In this document: piece after piece, positions 63,701-64,000 of the stretch | Numbering within the stretch: the first letter of the stretch is position 1 | Layout of the letters: every line of letters starts with the position of its first letter | Virus record (IMG/VR): IMGVR_UViG_3300025087_000057 | Direction: 5' to 3' (one strand) | DNA length: 64,000 nucleotides | Origin: an uncultured virus (IMG/VR IMGVR_UViG_3300025087_000057) | Lineage: Duplodnaviria > Heunggongvirae > Uroviricota > Caudoviricetes | Notes under the pieces: model-generated | Seen by the model: the letters and a program-made list of their open reading frames with translations, nothing else | Told to the model about the DNA's origin: nothing | The model's database searches: none | Position numbers and translations under genes: made by a program

Positions 63701-64000
63701 GAAACCGCCTCATCTATTGCCTCTTATTATAAAGCAGCTTTAAAGACATTCACAAATGTGGTTGACGATATAAATACCAAAAAAATAGAAATTGGATTTA
63801 TTGCCGAAGAGTTTGAAAATAAATTTATATCAGATTATATGGCATCTAATAGAGTTCTTGATTTCGAAAAATTAAAAGGATTATTTAAAGACCTTGACGG
63901 TGTTGTCGCTGGTGCTAATGTAAGATTGAATGTTCTTAATGAAATGGCCGCAATGTTTTTTCCTATCATTTTTAATGGGATTAACATGGCACTTGTGGGA
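60770..64000 (+). CDS. tape measure protein (TP901-type core), truncated at the window end
   Basis: MADLTQMIRFIF...; TRKSGTAIGQSLKTMFAR, LDELSEKW, IAQQAGGIRRY; follows the chaperones. Confidence 0.9.
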   Translation, partial: MADLTQMIRFIFQAENSEAVILKLQQIEGAVGSFAGIVGADLNNAIDRVIIGAKKLAHGLGKGEGISEAAQKIKELKIQYMELIAVFNKNKGNAAFPKEQMIDKIYQLSSAINKAESNFVKISKSMISARTDAEKIGTSFATAGTKVSGFRGMVNEARASLEKMGGAQTNLNTSLDNAIGKLIKYRLTYLIFRKAVDAAKESLETFATVNTQLAQLEKVLDPATSNIEELRDASFALGEEFSVSAEKVLKAFVIWAQVGLSQQEVLEATRTTLVGVNAIGFDTVEMTEALTSVMFTYGIEVQNTMQYVNEWMRVQAKFPTSAQDLAGALKAVGSAAKEVGVDLTELSGYVVAINAITRKSGTAIGQSLKTMFARMVKPEYIALLQDVGIAVKANADEFRDIDDVLDELSEKWSTLTGVQKTNIAQQAGGIRRYVDFLALMDAYALKQQAIVEAHLTTDEAFKASDIEVATYTKQMEALKVTMSDFGEVFGKELAVGIIDVIQSLAAILKILKPLAPLFGAIIRVGGSMALIFGTIKIAAAAWGLIQRQVTIALAQSTVAVSSHSAAVLGLAGVTTTATGANIGFAASIRAVMGALGPIALALSLVGGAIATYYSLARDSNETFRAHAKYTQIDIEALTKNIKARRAQNDIIDESVSQFEILAKKYQTLKSLGKDITETEKQMSVQGDLLSSINTDLAISVDRIIRSLDVGKIAFDALYEAATRTKGINQSLANENEKILASNKKVFELTYDTKKASLEASINGLQKAEEDIIKAIESPDISILKDRPVALNIDDMNDAAKELLTFKLKFLKEFSPFLSKAEVDEINGRFDEVGKGIETFASDISYVYKTLNLQDYENLPLEELFKVDPNTAIKAEETIKKFKSDAIIMFGDLYTGVSDKYKEDSEALDKLIKQKNIFASLEAIEAPTAIPTKFYEIPLSGLDELKTKLQQTVGDVQLMGDSVGRLIKYNEQMGSSAKETASSIASYYKAALKTFTNVVDDINTKKIEIGFIAEEFENKFISDYMASNRVLDFEKLKGLFKDLDGVVAGANVRLNVLNEMAAMFFPIIFNGINMALVG

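Noticed and set aside
13201..64000. Short antisense or nested ORFs in the track (e.g. 15025-15363, 26959-27345, 44973-45338, 53041-53424)
   Set aside because: Fully overlap well-supported genes and show no recognisable motifs

Overview
AT-rich 64-kb segment of a large tailed (siphovirus-like) dsDNA phage using the standard genetic code. The minus-strand arm (1-11.7 kb) is a tRNA array: 14 apparently intact or reconstructable tRNAs, two of them with small introns, plus remnants. It is interleaved with RNA-repair/modification genes (DRB0094/Rnl5-type RNA ligase, TrmH methylase, macro domain, YcgL-type nucleotidyltransferase), an HNH endonuclease, a Mom-like acetyltransferase and three adjacent non-canonical structured RNAs, including a tRNA mimic with two D/T elbows. 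After a divergent promoter region (~11.7-11.85 kb), the plus arm carries a beta-barrel-like protein and a 99-nt tmRNA-like RNA that has only the tRNA-like domain. It continues with an origin-like intergenic region, a ~9-kb glycosyltransferase/nucleotide-sugar cluster, an intein-containing class II ribonucleotide reductase, sliding-clamp and sigma-like genes, and the morphogenesis module (terminase, portal, protease, scaffold, major capsid, head-tail and tail genes, truncated tape measure). Inside the structural module sit two signal-peptide proteins densely packed with D-(S/T)-(A/I/L/M/T/V) O-glycosylation-type sequons, flanked by 14-aa repeat proteins. Best candidates for new biology: (i) the mini-tmRNA, tRNA mimics and intron-containing tRNAs with their RNA-repair enzymes; (ii) a phage-encoded secreted-glycoprotein system, which hints at an FCB-group host. 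All calls were made by eye from motifs and pairing; no database search or folding program was run.
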